Assembly: GCA_964350645.1 (NCBI GenBank)
Contig: CAYGJY010000002.1
Location: 340,936 to 404,935, forward strand
Length of the DNA stretch: 64,000 nt
Source: an uncultured Candidatus Saccharibacteria bacterium
GTDB lineage: Bacteria; Patescibacteriota; Minisyncoccia; Phycocordibacterales; UBA918
Reading direction: 5' to 3'
Numbering within the stretch: the stretch's first letter is position 1; the number at the start of each line of letters is the position of its first letter. The notes under the pieces are model-generated. The model searched no databases, was not told where the DNA came from, and saw only the letters and a program-made list of their open reading frames with translations. Shown one piece after another: positions 17,277 to 26,616 of this stretch. Both the position numbers and the translations under genes were made by a program.

Positions 17277-19748
17277 ATGCCGAAAAAGACAACTAAAGGA
17301 GAAGAACAAGTACCGCGCGCTCGTGGTATCGTGGCCCAAAGCATTACCGACGAAATGCAGACTGCCTACCTCGACTACGCGATGAGCGTAATCACGGCCC
17401 GTGCACTGCCAGACGTGCGTGATGGTTTGAAGCCAGTGCATCGTCGGATTCTGTATTCAATGAGGCTCAATGGTCTCACCTCAACAGCGAAGTTTAAAAA
17501 ATCGGCAACGGTAGTGGGAGACGTACTCGGTAGTTTTCATCCGCATGGTGACGTTGCAGTATATGAGTCGATGGTTAAGTTAGTGCAGCAATTTTCGACC
17601 CGGTATCCGCTCGTAATCGGGCAAGGAAACTTTGGATCAGTCGATGGTGATAGTGCAGCGGCCTATCGGTATACCGAAGCTAAGATGTCAAAGATCGCTG
17701 AAGAGATGCTGCGTGATCTTGAAAAAGACACTGTTGACTGGCGACCAAACTTTGACGGCACTAAGAAAGAGCCAGTTGTCTTACCAGCTGGTGTACCAAA
17801 TCTTCTTCTGCTCGGGACGCTCGGGATCGCAGTGGGAATGGCTACTAATATTCCGCCGCATAACCTGCGAGAGATCGCTGCCGCGGTAGCTCACTTGGCC
17901 GATAATCCTGATGCTACGACTGATGATCTTCTCAAATTTGTTCAGGGTCCCGACTTCCCACTGGGAGGAATCGCATTTAATAAAAAAGATATAGCCCACG
18001 CGTATGCGACGGGTAAAGGTGGTGTTGTCGTACGAGGTGAAGCGGAGATAGTGGAGGATAAAAAAGGTGCTTTTTCAATTGTCATTACGTCGATTCCGTT
18101 TCGCGTGAACAAGGCTGACATGCAAGAGAAGATTGCTGGTCTCGTGCGAGACAAGAAAATTGAAGGCATTCGTGAGATGCGCGATGAATCAACCTCAGAC
18201 ATTCGCGTGGTAATTGATCTCAAAAACGGCACGAATCCACAGACCGTTCTCAACAAACTCTATAAACACACTCAACTCGAAGATACATTCCACTACAACA
18301 TGGTGGCGCTGGTTGATGGTGTGCCCCAGACATTGTCATTGAAGGTGATTTTACAGGAGTACGTCAAACACCGGGTTGAAGTGATTCGCCGCCGGACTCA
18401 ATACGACCTTACAAAAGCAGAAGATCGTGAGCATATTTTGCTTGGTTTGAAGAAAGCACTCGACCATATCGACAAGATCATCAAGTTAATTCGTGCAGCC
18501 AAAGATGTACCAACAGCTCATGCCGCCTTGATGAAAGAATTTAAGTTCTCTGAAGTGCAAGCGCAAGCAATTCTTGATATGCGACTCCAGAAACTGGCTG
18601 GCTTGGAACGAAAGAAGATTGAAGATGAACTCAAGGAAGTCCAGGCGCTGATTAAAGAATTGCAGGCGATTTTGAAGAGTAAAGCCAAGATGATGGGAAT
18701 CGTAAAGAAAGAACTAGCTGAGATTGCTGAAAAATTTGGTGATGACCGTCGCACGAAGATCGTGAAAGGTGGCGTGAAGGCCATGTCAGCTGAAGACTTA
18801 GTGCCAGACGAAGAATCAGTACTGGTACTGACTGCGGGTGGTTATGTCAAGCGCACTAACCCAAGTGAATACAAGACGCAAAAGCGCGGTGGTGTTGGTG
18901 TTGTCGATCTCAATACCAAAGAAGAAGATGTCGTGACGACATTGCTCACTACCTCATCACACAGTGATCTTCTCTTCTTCACCAACCGCGGTAAGGTGTA
19001 TTCGACCAAGATGTACGAAATCCCAGAAGGGCGCCGTGCAACCAAAGGTAAGTCAATTATGAACTTCTTATCTATGGAAGGTGACGAGCATGTGACCTCA
19101 GTGTTGGCTGTTCGTAAAGACGAATGGGAGGGAGATTGGGGTCTCATGATGTTCACCAAACATGGAGTGGCTAAGAAATCTGATGCCGCATCCTTTAAAG
19201 ATGTTCGTCGCTCTGGCTTAATTGCGATTACCTTGAAAGGTGATGACTCTCTAATTTCAGCGAAGTTTGCCGGTAAGGGCGACGAAGTCTCGCTGATTAC
19301 CAGTAATGGCCAGGCTATTCGCTTTAAGGAAGCTGATGTACGTGAAATGGGACGAACTGCCGCCGGGGTGACTGCTATGAAGCTAAAGAAAGAGGATTAT
19401 ATTGTCTCAGCTGACGTACTAACAAAAGGTGATACAGACCGTGAGATCTTGGTGGTGACAGAAAATGGCTTTGGTAAAACAACACCGGCCAGTGAGTACA
19501 AGGTCCAAAGCCGGGCTGGTAGTGGGATCAAAACTGCCAAGATTACGACCAAGACAGGTCATGTGGTTGGTGGGGCAGTTTTGTCAAAAGAAGATCGAGC
19601 TGAAGGAGAGCTGATTGTGATGAGTAAGAAAGGGCAGGTGATTAAGCTACCGATCAAAGATGTCCCGAGCCTCGGGCGTGACACCCAGGGAGTGAAGGTT
19701 ATGAAGCTGCGTGCGGGTGATGCTATTGCTAGTATTGTCTATTTCTAA
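17277..19748 (+). CDS. gyrA: DNA gyrase subunit A
   Basis: [26 protein letters not shown] active-site region plus a C-terminal beta-pinwheel. 823 aa. Confidence 0.95.
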   Translation: MPKKTTKGEEQVPRARGIVAQSITDEMQTAYLDYAMSVITARALPDVRDGLKPVHRRILYSMRLNGLTSTAKFKKSATVVGDVLGSFHPHGDVAVYESMVKLVQQFSTRYPLVIGQGNFGSVDGDSAAAYRYTEAKMSKIAEEMLRDLEKDTVDWRPNFDGTKKEPVVLPAGVPNLLLLGTLGIAVGMATNIPPHNLREIAAAVAHLADNPDATTDDLLKFVQGPDFPLGGIAFNKKDIAHAYATGKGGVVVRGEAEIVEDKKGAFSIVITSIPFRVNKADMQEKIAGLVRDKKIEGIREMRDESTSDIRVVIDLKNGTNPQTVLNKLYKHTQLEDTFHYNMVALVDGVPQTLSLKVILQEYVKHRVEVIRRRTQYDLTKAEDREHILLGLKKALDHIDKIIKLIRAAKDVPTAHAALMKEFKFSEVQAQAILDMRLQKLAGLERKKIEDELKEVQALIKELQAILKSKAKMMGIVKKELAEIAEKFGDDRRTKIVKGGVKAMSAEDLVPDEESVLVLTAGGYVKRTNPSEYKTQKRGGVGVVDLNTKEEDVVTTLLTTSSHSDLLFFTNRGKVYSTKMYEIPEGRRATKGKSIMNFLSMEGDEHVTSVLAVRKDEWEGDWGLMMFTKHGVAKKSDAASFKDVRRSGLIAITLKGDDSLISAKFAGKGDEVSLITSNGQAIRFKEADVREMGRTAAGVTAMKLKKEDYIVSADVLTKGDTDREILVVTENGFGKTTPASEYKVQSRAGSGIKTAKITTKTGHVVGGAVLSKEDRAEGELIVMSKKGQVIKLPIKDVPSLGRDTQGVKVMKLRAGDAIASIVYF

Positions 19749-19752
19749 AGGT

Positions 19753-20289
19753 ATGGATGGTGCATTCGAGCTTCAAAAAATAGCTAGGCAGCCAGCTGCT
19801 GTACCAGAGCTATTGCAAGAAAAGGTTACAGCATTCTATCCTGGAGTAGGATCCACCAAAGAGCTTACACCAAAGCTTGATAGGTTATCTCCAGGAATGT
19901 ACGAAAATCTCATGCCTATGTTGGAAGCGTTACATACGCATATACAGAAGCCGATTCTGGTTGACACGTTTGGCAATGATCATGACGCGCGTCGTGCGTG
20001 GGAGGCAGGAATTGTTCACAGAAACCCAGACTACAAAACACTTTTTGATAATAATAAAATGGGTGGGAACAGTAATCCTATTGGATTAGTGAGTGTGATA
20101 AGAGAAGTGTGCGGAGATAGTGCAGCTGATCTCCCTGAGTTACCGGAGCGAGTTATGAGTCAGGTTGAATCTAATACCTGGGCGGCACTTAGTGATGAAG
20201 AAAAAAGAAATATTCTTATAGTCCTCGATGCTTATTTTGAAAAGGTCTTGACCTATTTTACAGACTACATACCTCAGGAAGGTAACTGA
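19753..20289 (+). CDS. hypothetical protein
   Basis: ATG at 19753 immediately after the gyrA stop. No recognisable motif. Confidence 0.5.
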   Translation: MDGAFELQKIARQPAAVPELLQEKVTAFYPGVGSTKELTPKLDRLSPGMYENLMPMLEALHTHIQKPILVDTFGNDHDARRAWEAGIVHRNPDYKTLFDNNKMGGNSNPIGLVSVIREVCGDSAADLPELPERVMSQVESNTWAALSDEEKRNILIVLDAYFEKVLTYFTDYIPQEGN

Positions 20290-20384
20290 TTACGGGGAGG
20301 AAAAGCGGTTGGGCACCTTTGGTGCCCACCCGCTTTTCCTCATTAGCTGACAGCAAAACTGTCTAAGCAGGCTATAATAGAGTT

Positions 20385-20939
20385 ATGTCAGACGCAGCTA
20401 CACTAATGACCGGTCGGTTTGTTATACCTGAGCTGGTAGCAACTCATTTTCATGTTCGAGCTGGTGATACAGTGGGTGATTTTGGAGCGGGGAGCGGGTA
20501 TTTTATTAAAACGTTGGCGGAGTTGGTTGGTCCAACTGGCACAGTCTATGCCTGTGAAATTCAAAAAAACTTGGTTGAAACAATGGGTGAGTTGGCGCGC
20601 CGTGAAAACCTAGGCAATGTCAACGTACTCTGGGGAGATTGTGAAGAAGTGCATGGGTCAAAAATCCCAACTGATTCGCTCGATGTAGCCATTATGGTCA
20701 ATACTTTTTTTCAATTTGAAGACCAGGCTGGAGCGCTCATAGAAATAAAACGTTGTTTACGACCAGGGGGTAAACTCTTCATTATCGACTGGTCAGAATC
20801 ATTTGGTGGACTAGGTCCACAGCCTGATCAGGTCGTTACGAAGAGTGACGCTGAGGGAGTTGCCGTAACGGCAGGCTTTACCAAGGATCGTGACTTTGAC
20901 GCTGGCGACCATCATTATGGGTTGGCGTTTCGTATTTAA
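20385..20939 (+). CDS. class I SAM-dependent methyltransferase
   Basis: Motif I VGDFGAGSGYF, motif post-I …VYACEI…, motif II/III RCLRPGGKLFIID. Confidence 0.65.
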   Translation: MSDAATLMTGRFVIPELVATHFHVRAGDTVGDFGAGSGYFIKTLAELVGPTGTVYACEIQKNLVETMGELARRENLGNVNVLWGDCEEVHGSKIPTDSLDVAIMVNTFFQFEDQAGALIEIKRCLRPGGKLFIIDWSESFGGLGPQPDQVVTKSDAEGVAVTAGFTKDRDFDAGDHHYGLAFRI

Positions 20940-20942
20940 AGT

Positions 20943-22250
20943 ATGTTAAACCTCCGTCCATTTCAAATCGCTATGCTCGCTCTATTTGGCGTATTGGGTG
21001 TTTTAGCGATTATGCTCTTGAGTGGTTTTTCACCTAACAATACGGCTGAACAAAAACGTTTTGGTGACAGAGTGGTTGTCTGGGGTACCTTACCAGCGCC
21101 GGCGTTCACAAAAGTACTTAGCGATTTAGGGAAGAGTGACAAAGCTTTTGATGTTATTTCATATCGTCAAGTCGACCCGCGTACGTTTAACGATACATTT
21201 GTCAATGCGATCGCTGAGGGACAGACACCCGATCTAGTCTTGTTACCCAACACAGAGCTCGTGCGTCAGCGAAGTAAGTTACTGGCGTTGTCATATGAGA
21301 CTGTCTCATTGCGTGATTATCGAGATCAGTTTGTTGATGGGGCAGAAATTTTTGCCTTAGCCGACGGACTGTATGCTCGACCGCTTGGAGTTGATCCGCT
21401 CGTGATGTACTGGAATCGAGATTTGTTATCGTCAAATGGTTTGGCTCAACCACCAACTACTTGGGAATACTTGGTAAGTACAGTAGTGCCAAGTCTTGTA
21501 GTTCGCGACAATGCGCGCAATGTGTCACAGGCTGCCGTTGCGATGGGTGAGTTTCGCAATGTACTCAATGCCAAGTCAGTGCTAGTGCTGCTCGCGATTC
21601 AGTCTGGTAGCCGCTTGGTATATGAAGAAAAAGGTCAGTATAAAATAGGCCTTAATGAATCTCTCAACAATGTCGGTACGCCGCCCTTGACCGCAGCTAC
21701 GCAGTTTTACACTACGTTTAACAATTCAAACAACCAGGTCTATACGTGGAACCGAGCTCAACCGCTTGACCGTAACGCTTTCGTTGCTGGCGATCTAGCA
21801 CTGTACTTTGGTTTCGGCAGCGAACTCGACACCATTAAGGCTCAAAATCCTAATCTCAATTTTGATGTCACATCAGTCCCACAAGGCGCCGCCGCTAGTG
21901 TAAAAAGAAGCTACGGTGTGTTTTATGGTTTTGCTATTCCAAAAGCCTCACCAAACCCACAGGGTGCGTATGCCGTAAGTACAATTTTAACGTCACCATC
22001 GGTCAGCGCTGTACTTAATAAAGAACTTGACCTGGCTCCAGTCGACCGCTCAGTGTTGGCGGCGGGCACCGCCGATGTTTTCCGTCAGACTATCTATAGT
22101 GATGCCTTAATTGCTCGAGGCTGGCTTGATCCAAATCAGAACGCGACAACCGAAGTATTCCAAAGTATGATTGAAGATATCAATGCTGGCCGCTCATCAG
22201 TGGGGGATGCTACTGGTGATGTTATTCAAAAAGTCCGCTTAGTGTTTTAA
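20943..22250 (+). CDS. extracellular solute-binding protein (ABC-transporter SBP family 1-like), membrane-anchored; orphan (no permease/ATPase adjacent)
   Basis: N-terminal TM anchor, about 400-aa periplasmic-binding-protein-like body. Called by overall pattern. Confidence 0.5.
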   Translation: MLNLRPFQIAMLALFGVLGVLAIMLLSGFSPNNTAEQKRFGDRVVVWGTLPAPAFTKVLSDLGKSDKAFDVISYRQVDPRTFNDTFVNAIAEGQTPDLVLLPNTELVRQRSKLLALSYETVSLRDYRDQFVDGAEIFALADGLYARPLGVDPLVMYWNRDLLSSNGLAQPPTTWEYLVSTVVPSLVVRDNARNVSQAAVAMGEFRNVLNAKSVLVLLAIQSGSRLVYEEKGQYKIGLNESLNNVGTPPLTAATQFYTTFNNSNNQVYTWNRAQPLDRNAFVAGDLALYFGFGSELDTIKAQNPNLNFDVTSVPQGAAASVKRSYGVFYGFAIPKASPNPQGAYAVSTILTSPSVSAVLNKELDLAPVDRSVLAAGTADVFRQTIYSDALIARGWLDPNQNATTEVFQSMIEDINAGRSSVGDATGDVIQKVRLVF

Positions 22251-22252
22251 AT

Positions 22253-22780
22253 ATGAAGATAATAAAAAATTATATTCTCCTCATAGTGTGTGTTGTACTT
22301 TGCAATATCTTCTTTATGACAAACGTACAGGCGGCTACTTGTATTGACGCAGCTGGCGGTATTTTTGAAGCTGATGTTTGTCCAGGTACTCCACCTGTTA
22401 GTCCACCAGCTGATTCACCAGTCAGCCCACCAGCTGATTCACCAGTCAGCCCACCAGCTGATCCACCTGTCAGCCCAATTCGAGACGATGCCGACATTGT
22501 AAATTTCGGTGAGGGAGTATCGCTCATCGACCCAACCGGTAACAAGACTATCCCCCAGATATTCCAGGCCTTGCTTGATATTCTGATGGTCTTTGCGGTC
22601 CCAATTATCCTCTTCTTTATCATTTGGGCTGGATTCCTCTATGTCACCGCAGCCGGCAACGCTGAGCAAATCAAAAAAGCCCACAACGCGCTCTTATATG
22701 CGCTTATCGGTGGACTTTTAGTACTCGGTGCCAATGTTCTCTTGGCAGTTATCAGTAACACTATTAAAGCCTTTATATAA
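22253..22780 (+). CDS. T4SS-pilin-like (TrbC/VirB2-like) secreted two-helix protein, paralog 1, with Pro-rich PPADSPVS repeats
   Basis: Signal peptide. Cys pair (CIDAAG…CPG). Two hydrophobic helices separated by AAGNAEQIKKAHNALLYALIGG. This architecture is shared with the next five ORFs. Confidence 0.55.
   Translation: MKIIKNYILLIVCVVLCNIFFMTNVQAATCIDAAGGIFEADVCPGTPPVSPPADSPVSPPADSPVSPPADPPVSPIRDDADIVNFGEGVSLIDPTGNKTIPQIFQALLDILMVFAVPIILFFIIWAGFLYVTAAGNAEQIKKAHNALLYALIGGLLVLGANVLLAVISNTIKAFI
22391..22474 (+). repeat. coding tandem repeat, 24-bp unit x about 3.5 (ccaccagctgattcaccagtcagc) encoding (S/P)PVSPPAD
   Basis: Seen directly in the sequence. Two perfect units plus one variant unit. 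Confidence 0.7.
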
Positions 22781-22783
22781 AAT

Positions 22784-23062
22784 ATGAACCCGGATAACCC
22801 ACCATTTGATGCAGCTACTTCAGATTTTGCTTGGCTAACTGGCCAAGTAAGTGAGATCATCAATATTTTTGTGATCGTTATTTTCACCCTGACGTTTGTT
22901 TTTATGCTTTGGCAGATTATTAATGGTTTTATAATCAGCGGTGGTGACCAAGCAAAAGTAGCTGAGGCCAAAAAAACTATCGGATTCAGCTTTTTAATCC
23001 TGATTACCATGTCTGCAATTTGGGGGATTGTGGCCCTTTTGCGGACTTCAATTGTAGGCTGA
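22784..23062 (+). CDS. T4SS-pilin-like two-helix protein, paralog 2
   Basis: Helix1 - GGDQAKVAEAKKTIGFSFLIL - helix2 …IWGIVALL. No cleavable signal peptide. Confidence 0.5.
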   Translation: MNPDNPPFDAATSDFAWLTGQVSEIINIFVIVIFTLTFVFMLWQIINGFIISGGDQAKVAEAKKTIGFSFLILITMSAIWGIVALLRTSIVG

Positions 23063-23152
23063 GTTATTAACAACTCTGATAAATAGAGTGATTTCCTCTA
23101 AAAAATCCAGTATACTAATAAATATTAACGAAATAGCCAAGCAAAAGTACGT

Positions 23153-23518
23153 ATGAAAAAAATCCTTGCCCTAAGTTTCCTCCCGACCATTCTGTTGACA
23201 CCGCTGCTCGCAGCCGCTCAGTTTGGAGATGTGGACTTATTTGTGATTGAAATTGGGTTGTTTATAAACTCAACTCTCATCCCAATTTTACTCGCGGTCG
23301 CTTTCCTCGTGTTTATTGTCGGAGCAGTACGGTTCTTCCTTCTCGCCGGTGATGAGTACGACGATAATAAAAAGAAAGGTAAGTCACTGATGTTGTACGG
23401 TATTATTGGTTTTGTTTTGATTGTCAGTATTTGGGGAATTGTCAGACTCTTTTCTGATGGACTCGGGTTGCAAGATGATAACCTAGACAACGTACCGTTT
23501 GCGCCAACTTCAATCTAG
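23153..23518 (+). CDS. T4SS-pilin-like two-helix protein, paralog 3
   Basis: Signal peptide (…LLAAAQF). FFLLAGDEYDDNKKKGKSLMLYGIIGFVLIVSIWGIVRL. Confidence 0.55.
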   Translation: MKKILALSFLPTILLTPLLAAAQFGDVDLFVIEIGLFINSTLIPILLAVAFLVFIVGAVRFFLLAGDEYDDNKKKGKSLMLYGIIGFVLIVSIWGIVRLFSDGLGLQDDNLDNVPFAPTSI

Positions 23519-23544
23519 TAAACAATTAACCTTTTATAGAATTT

Positions 23545-23931
23545 ATGACTACAAAAATCTCAAAAATGTACTACGCGATCTGTCTGGCTTTGTTGACACC
23601 ACTCGTGTCATTTGCACAGTTTAACCGTGGTGACGATGGTATATCTGACTTTGGTGAACGGATCGTTGATTTTATCACCAACATCCTTACACCACTCGTA
23701 TTTGGTGTCGCTCTGCTACTGTTCATTTACGGTGTGTATCTCTACTTTATTCAAGGTGCTGAAGAGGATGATAGCCGTAAGACTGGTCGATCATACATCT
23801 TGTGGTCAATTATCGCTTTAGTGATCATGGTCTCAGTTTGGGGTATTACAAACCTCATCGCTAGTGGCTTTGGATTTAACGATCCTGACGCAATTGATGG
23901 ACTAATCCCAACAGCAGGAGAGGTTCGTTAA
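23545..23931 (+). CDS. T4SS-pilin-like two-helix protein, paralog 4
   Basis: Signal peptide (…VSFAQF). YFIQGAEEDDSRKTGRSYILWSIIALVIMVSVWGITNL. Confidence 0.55.
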   Translation: MTTKISKMYYAICLALLTPLVSFAQFNRGDDGISDFGERIVDFITNILTPLVFGVALLLFIYGVYLYFIQGAEEDDSRKTGRSYILWSIIALVIMVSVWGITNLIASGFGFNDPDAIDGLIPTAGEVR

Positions 23932-23942
23932 CGAGTTCCGTA

Positions 23943-24251
23943 ATGCTTGCCGTCCTCTCGTTTGTTGAATTGTATGTTTCACCATTCTTTGTTGCGGTCG
24001 CCCTCGCGTTCCTACTAAATGGTTTGGTAAACTATTTCATCATTGGCAATCTTGGCTTTGAGGAAGACCGTCGTGAAATGGGAAGACAGTCGCTCTTGTG
24101 GGCGGCTCTTTTCCTGCTGGTTGCTCTTGTATTGTTCGGTTTAACAAATTGGATCGTCTCTCTTGGTGAACGTATCGACGCTGAAGGAGATGTCGAGTAC
24201 CAAACTGGTGGTGATATCCTTAGGGTACCAAACACACCTACGATACAATAA
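23943..24251 (+). CDS. T4SS-pilin-like two-helix protein, paralog 5
   Basis: …IIGNLGFEEDRREMGRQSLLWAALFLLVALVLFGLTNWIV. Confidence 0.5.
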   Translation: MLAVLSFVELYVSPFFVAVALAFLLNGLVNYFIIGNLGFEEDRREMGRQSLLWAALFLLVALVLFGLTNWIVSLGERIDAEGDVEYQTGGDILRVPNTPTIQ

Positions 24252-24255
24252 CACT

Positions 24256-24591
24256 ATGATTGCTTACGCCTCAGATGCAGTGTGTGTTGCTCAAGATTTT
24301 CTTAAGATACTCAATGATGCGATTTTGTTTCCTCTCATCACACTTCTTTTGGCAGTAGCTTTTATTTGGTTCCTCTATGGAGGAATGAAATTTATCTGGA
24401 GTGCTAACAACCCAACAGAACGCGAAAATGGCCGGCAGCACATGCTGTACGGTATTATTGGTTTAGTAGTGATGACCTCGGCGGGAGCGATTCTCGCGAT
24501 CACGGCTAATTCTTTTGGGTTGTCGCCAACCGGACCGGAGTGTGTGATTGATCCAACTTCTGGACCTGACGGTATACCAGCTGATTTGTAA
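24256..24591 (+). CDS. T4SS-pilin-like two-helix protein, paralog 6
   Basis: ATG at 24256 (the track ORF 24163 is N-extended). …FLYGGMKFIWSANNPTERENGRQHMLYGIIGLVVMTSAGAILAI. Confidence 0.5.
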   Translation: MIAYASDAVCVAQDFLKILNDAILFPLITLLLAVAFIWFLYGGMKFIWSANNPTERENGRQHMLYGIIGLVVMTSAGAILAITANSFGLSPTGPECVIDPTSGPDGIPADL

Positions 24592-24715
24592 TATAAATAA
24601 GAAAGAGCTCATGGGGTCTTTCTTGTTAAGAAAGAACCATGAGCTCTGAGTTTCGGTGTCCGCCCTACGGGCGGCCACCGACTGTTTGGTTGAGGAAGAA
24701 CAAAGGGGATCGTCA

Positions 24716-25594
24716 TCATCCCCCTGTGCAGGTTGGGCTATCCTTCGACAGAGCGCTTATGCTCGTGACTTCAGGACTTGCCTTGATTTTATAGAGGCGA
24801 AGCTCGGGAAAGTACTCCGTCCGATCTTCCAGCTCCGCCTGGTCGGCGAAGCTATCAAAGCGGAGGCATCCCTGGTCGGGAATCTTGACCAGGAAGTCGA
24901 CCCCCGCGATGAAGATCATTTGACTCCCTACGGTCGGTTCGACCGGGATAGCGCCGACTTCGGTGTAGACGATGACCGCCACACCCTCGACCACCCGGAT
25001 CTCAAATCCGGGCGTCTTCATCACGTCCGCCAGCTCGACCTCTGCGTCAGACTGGAAGGGGTTGATATCCCAGCCAGTCAATCGCTCAATCGGTGCCTGC
25101 AAAGCGATGAGGAGGTGAAAGAAAATCACCAGGCCGGCAAACCAGAACACGATCCGTTCGAAGATCTTGCCAGGAATCTTCGAATTGGCCATTACTGCTC
25201 CAATAAGAAGGCCAAAGCAATACGTGTACCAGAAGGACATCGGCGCATCCTCGAAAGGAATCACCGATAAGTAGCCGAAGGTCCACCAGATGGCGATAAG
25301 AACACCATAGATAGCCTTGGCAAGGGTGTTGAGGCCGCTTTTGGCGCCCGCGACTCGATTTGTGTTGATGAGGGATCCCAGTCCCATAAAGGTCAGGACC
25401 GGCGTTGGCCCCAGGCCTTTGAAGATCACCCACATTCCTCCGAGGAGGAAGAACACTAGGTTCATCCACTTTACCCCGGCGATGTTAAGGCCCCAGCCGA
25501 TGATAACCATCAACTGAGACATAACCAGGATGATCAAGAGGGCTGTCCGCCAGTTGCTGGCGTAGGCCCCTAAGATCGATTTTGGAGTTGCCAT
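24716..25594 (-). CDS. polytopic membrane protein of unknown function (about 7 TM helices + about 100-aa C-terminal soluble domain), GC-elevated cassette gene 2
   Basis: Multiple hydrophobic segments (LLIILVMSQLMVIIGWGL, LVFFLLGGMWVIF, VLIAIWWTFGYLSVI, FGLLIGAVMA, FWFAGLVIFFHLLIAL). Sampled GC about 55-60% versus about 45-50% in the flanks. Confidence 0.6.
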   Translation of the reverse strand: MATPKSILGAYASNWRTALLIILVMSQLMVIIGWGLNIAGVKWMNLVFFLLGGMWVIFKGLGPTPVLTFMGLGSLINTNRVAGAKSGLNTLAKAIYGVLIAIWWTFGYLSVIPFEDAPMSFWYTYCFGLLIGAVMANSKIPGKIFERIVFWFAGLVIFFHLLIALQAPIERLTGWDINPFQSDAEVELADVMKTPGFEIRVVEGVAVIVYTEVGAIPVEPTVGSQMIFIAGVDFLVKIPDQGCLRFDSFADQAELEDRTEYFPELRLYKIKASPEVTSISALSKDSPTCTGG

Positions 25595-25604
25595 GTTTTT
25601 TCCT

Positions 25605-26363
25605 TTACAGTTTGTCTGCGAGCATACGGAGGGTGCGTTTTATTACCCCTTCTTTTGAAGCTCGCATGTTGAGTCTGGTGCGATGTGCTCGTGTTGCACC
25701 AGCAACACGAGCAACCGCGCGATGTCTTCCGTTCCAGGCGGTCCTCACTCTGTCGTAGAGCGTTGTTTCGTCTGGGTCGGGCATATGGGGTAGACCCATC
25801 GCCCGTAGGTAGGCTGACACTGCCGCGTAGCCCGCGGCGGTATCGGGAGAGTTTTCGATCCGGCGGGCAAGCCCGCGCAAAAAGGTCAGCCCTCTGTCTG
25901 TAGAGTTCGCGTACGTCGGCCCGTTCCACTCGAACGAGATCGTGTTGGCGGGATTGCTTGGATCGACGAAGCTGAACTTCGACGTTGCGTCCCCGGTCTT
26001 TGCCGGGGTTACATCCATCCCGACAACAAATACTCGAAACTCTTCGAGTGCCTGACGAGCTTTCGCCCGCTCGAAGATGTCGCTCGCAGAGATTTTGAAC
26101 TCGAAAGGGATATACCCTTCTATGTGCGCTCTGTAACGAGCACTCAATCTCTCGACTAGGAGGCTGAACCTCCGTTCGTCGGTCCAGTCGGATTCTCCTC
26201 CCTCGTGAAGTTGTTCGACTCCAGGTTCTTCGTCTTTCTTCTTTTTTCCGAAGAGGTTGATGTGTCCACCACCAAAGTGGCGCAGACCTGAATCGAGCAA
26301 TGAGCCGATTTCAACGAGCTCCCAGACTTTGCGTGCCCAGTTTGTTTTACTGTCGTCTGCCAT
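25605..26363 (-). CDS. hypothetical soluble protein (about 252 aa), GC-elevated cassette gene 1
   Basis: ATG (MADDSKTNWARK…) at 26363; the track start is 26381. 11-nt gap to the downstream membrane-protein gene. No recognisable motif. Confidence 0.55.
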   Translation of the reverse strand: MADDSKTNWARKVWELVEIGSLLDSGLRHFGGGHINLFGKKKKDEEPGVEQLHEGGESDWTDERRFSLLVERLSARYRAHIEGYIPFEFKISASDIFERAKARQALEEFRVFVVGMDVTPAKTGDATSKFSFVDPSNPANTISFEWNGPTYANSTDRGLTFLRGLARRIENSPDTAAGYAAVSAYLRAMGLPHMPDPDETTLYDRVRTAWNGRHRAVARVAGATRAHRTRLNMRASKEGVIKRTLRMLADKL

Positions 26364-26616
26364 GATATGTTCCCTTTTCAAGGATCTGTGCGGGGCCGAG
26401 GCCCTGCGTTGGTTTCTGTGGTCATCCCACTCTTTTCCAGTGCATTCCTTGGCCTCTCGTTAGAGAAGACGGAGTGCATTGGAAAATAGAGTGGGTCCAC
26501 TCAATCGATATAATAGCACAAAATTGACATAAAGTCAAGTAAATAGCCTTACAAATACGGCTTATAATAAGGTTAGATTGCTTATTTTTTCATTTTCTCC
26601 TATACTAGCCCACACT

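Noticed and set aside
22391-22474. 24-bp tandem repeat considered as a CRISPR-like or VNTR array
   Set aside because: Units are directly adjacent with no spacers and lie in frame inside a CDS, encoding a PPADSPVS peptide repeat.
24656-25270. 204-aa plus-strand ORF
   Set aside because: It is antisense to the polytopic membrane-protein gene, whose hydrophobic-helix periodicity is convincing. The plus-strand product is Arg/Asp-rich low-complexity sequence typical of antisense frames in GC-rich DNA.
26500-26616. TTGACA and TATAAT hexamers upstream of trhO as a promoter
   Set aside because: The spacing between the best -35 (ttgaca) and -10 (tataat) candidates is about 33 bp. Alternative pairings need poor hexamers, so no confident promoter call was made.
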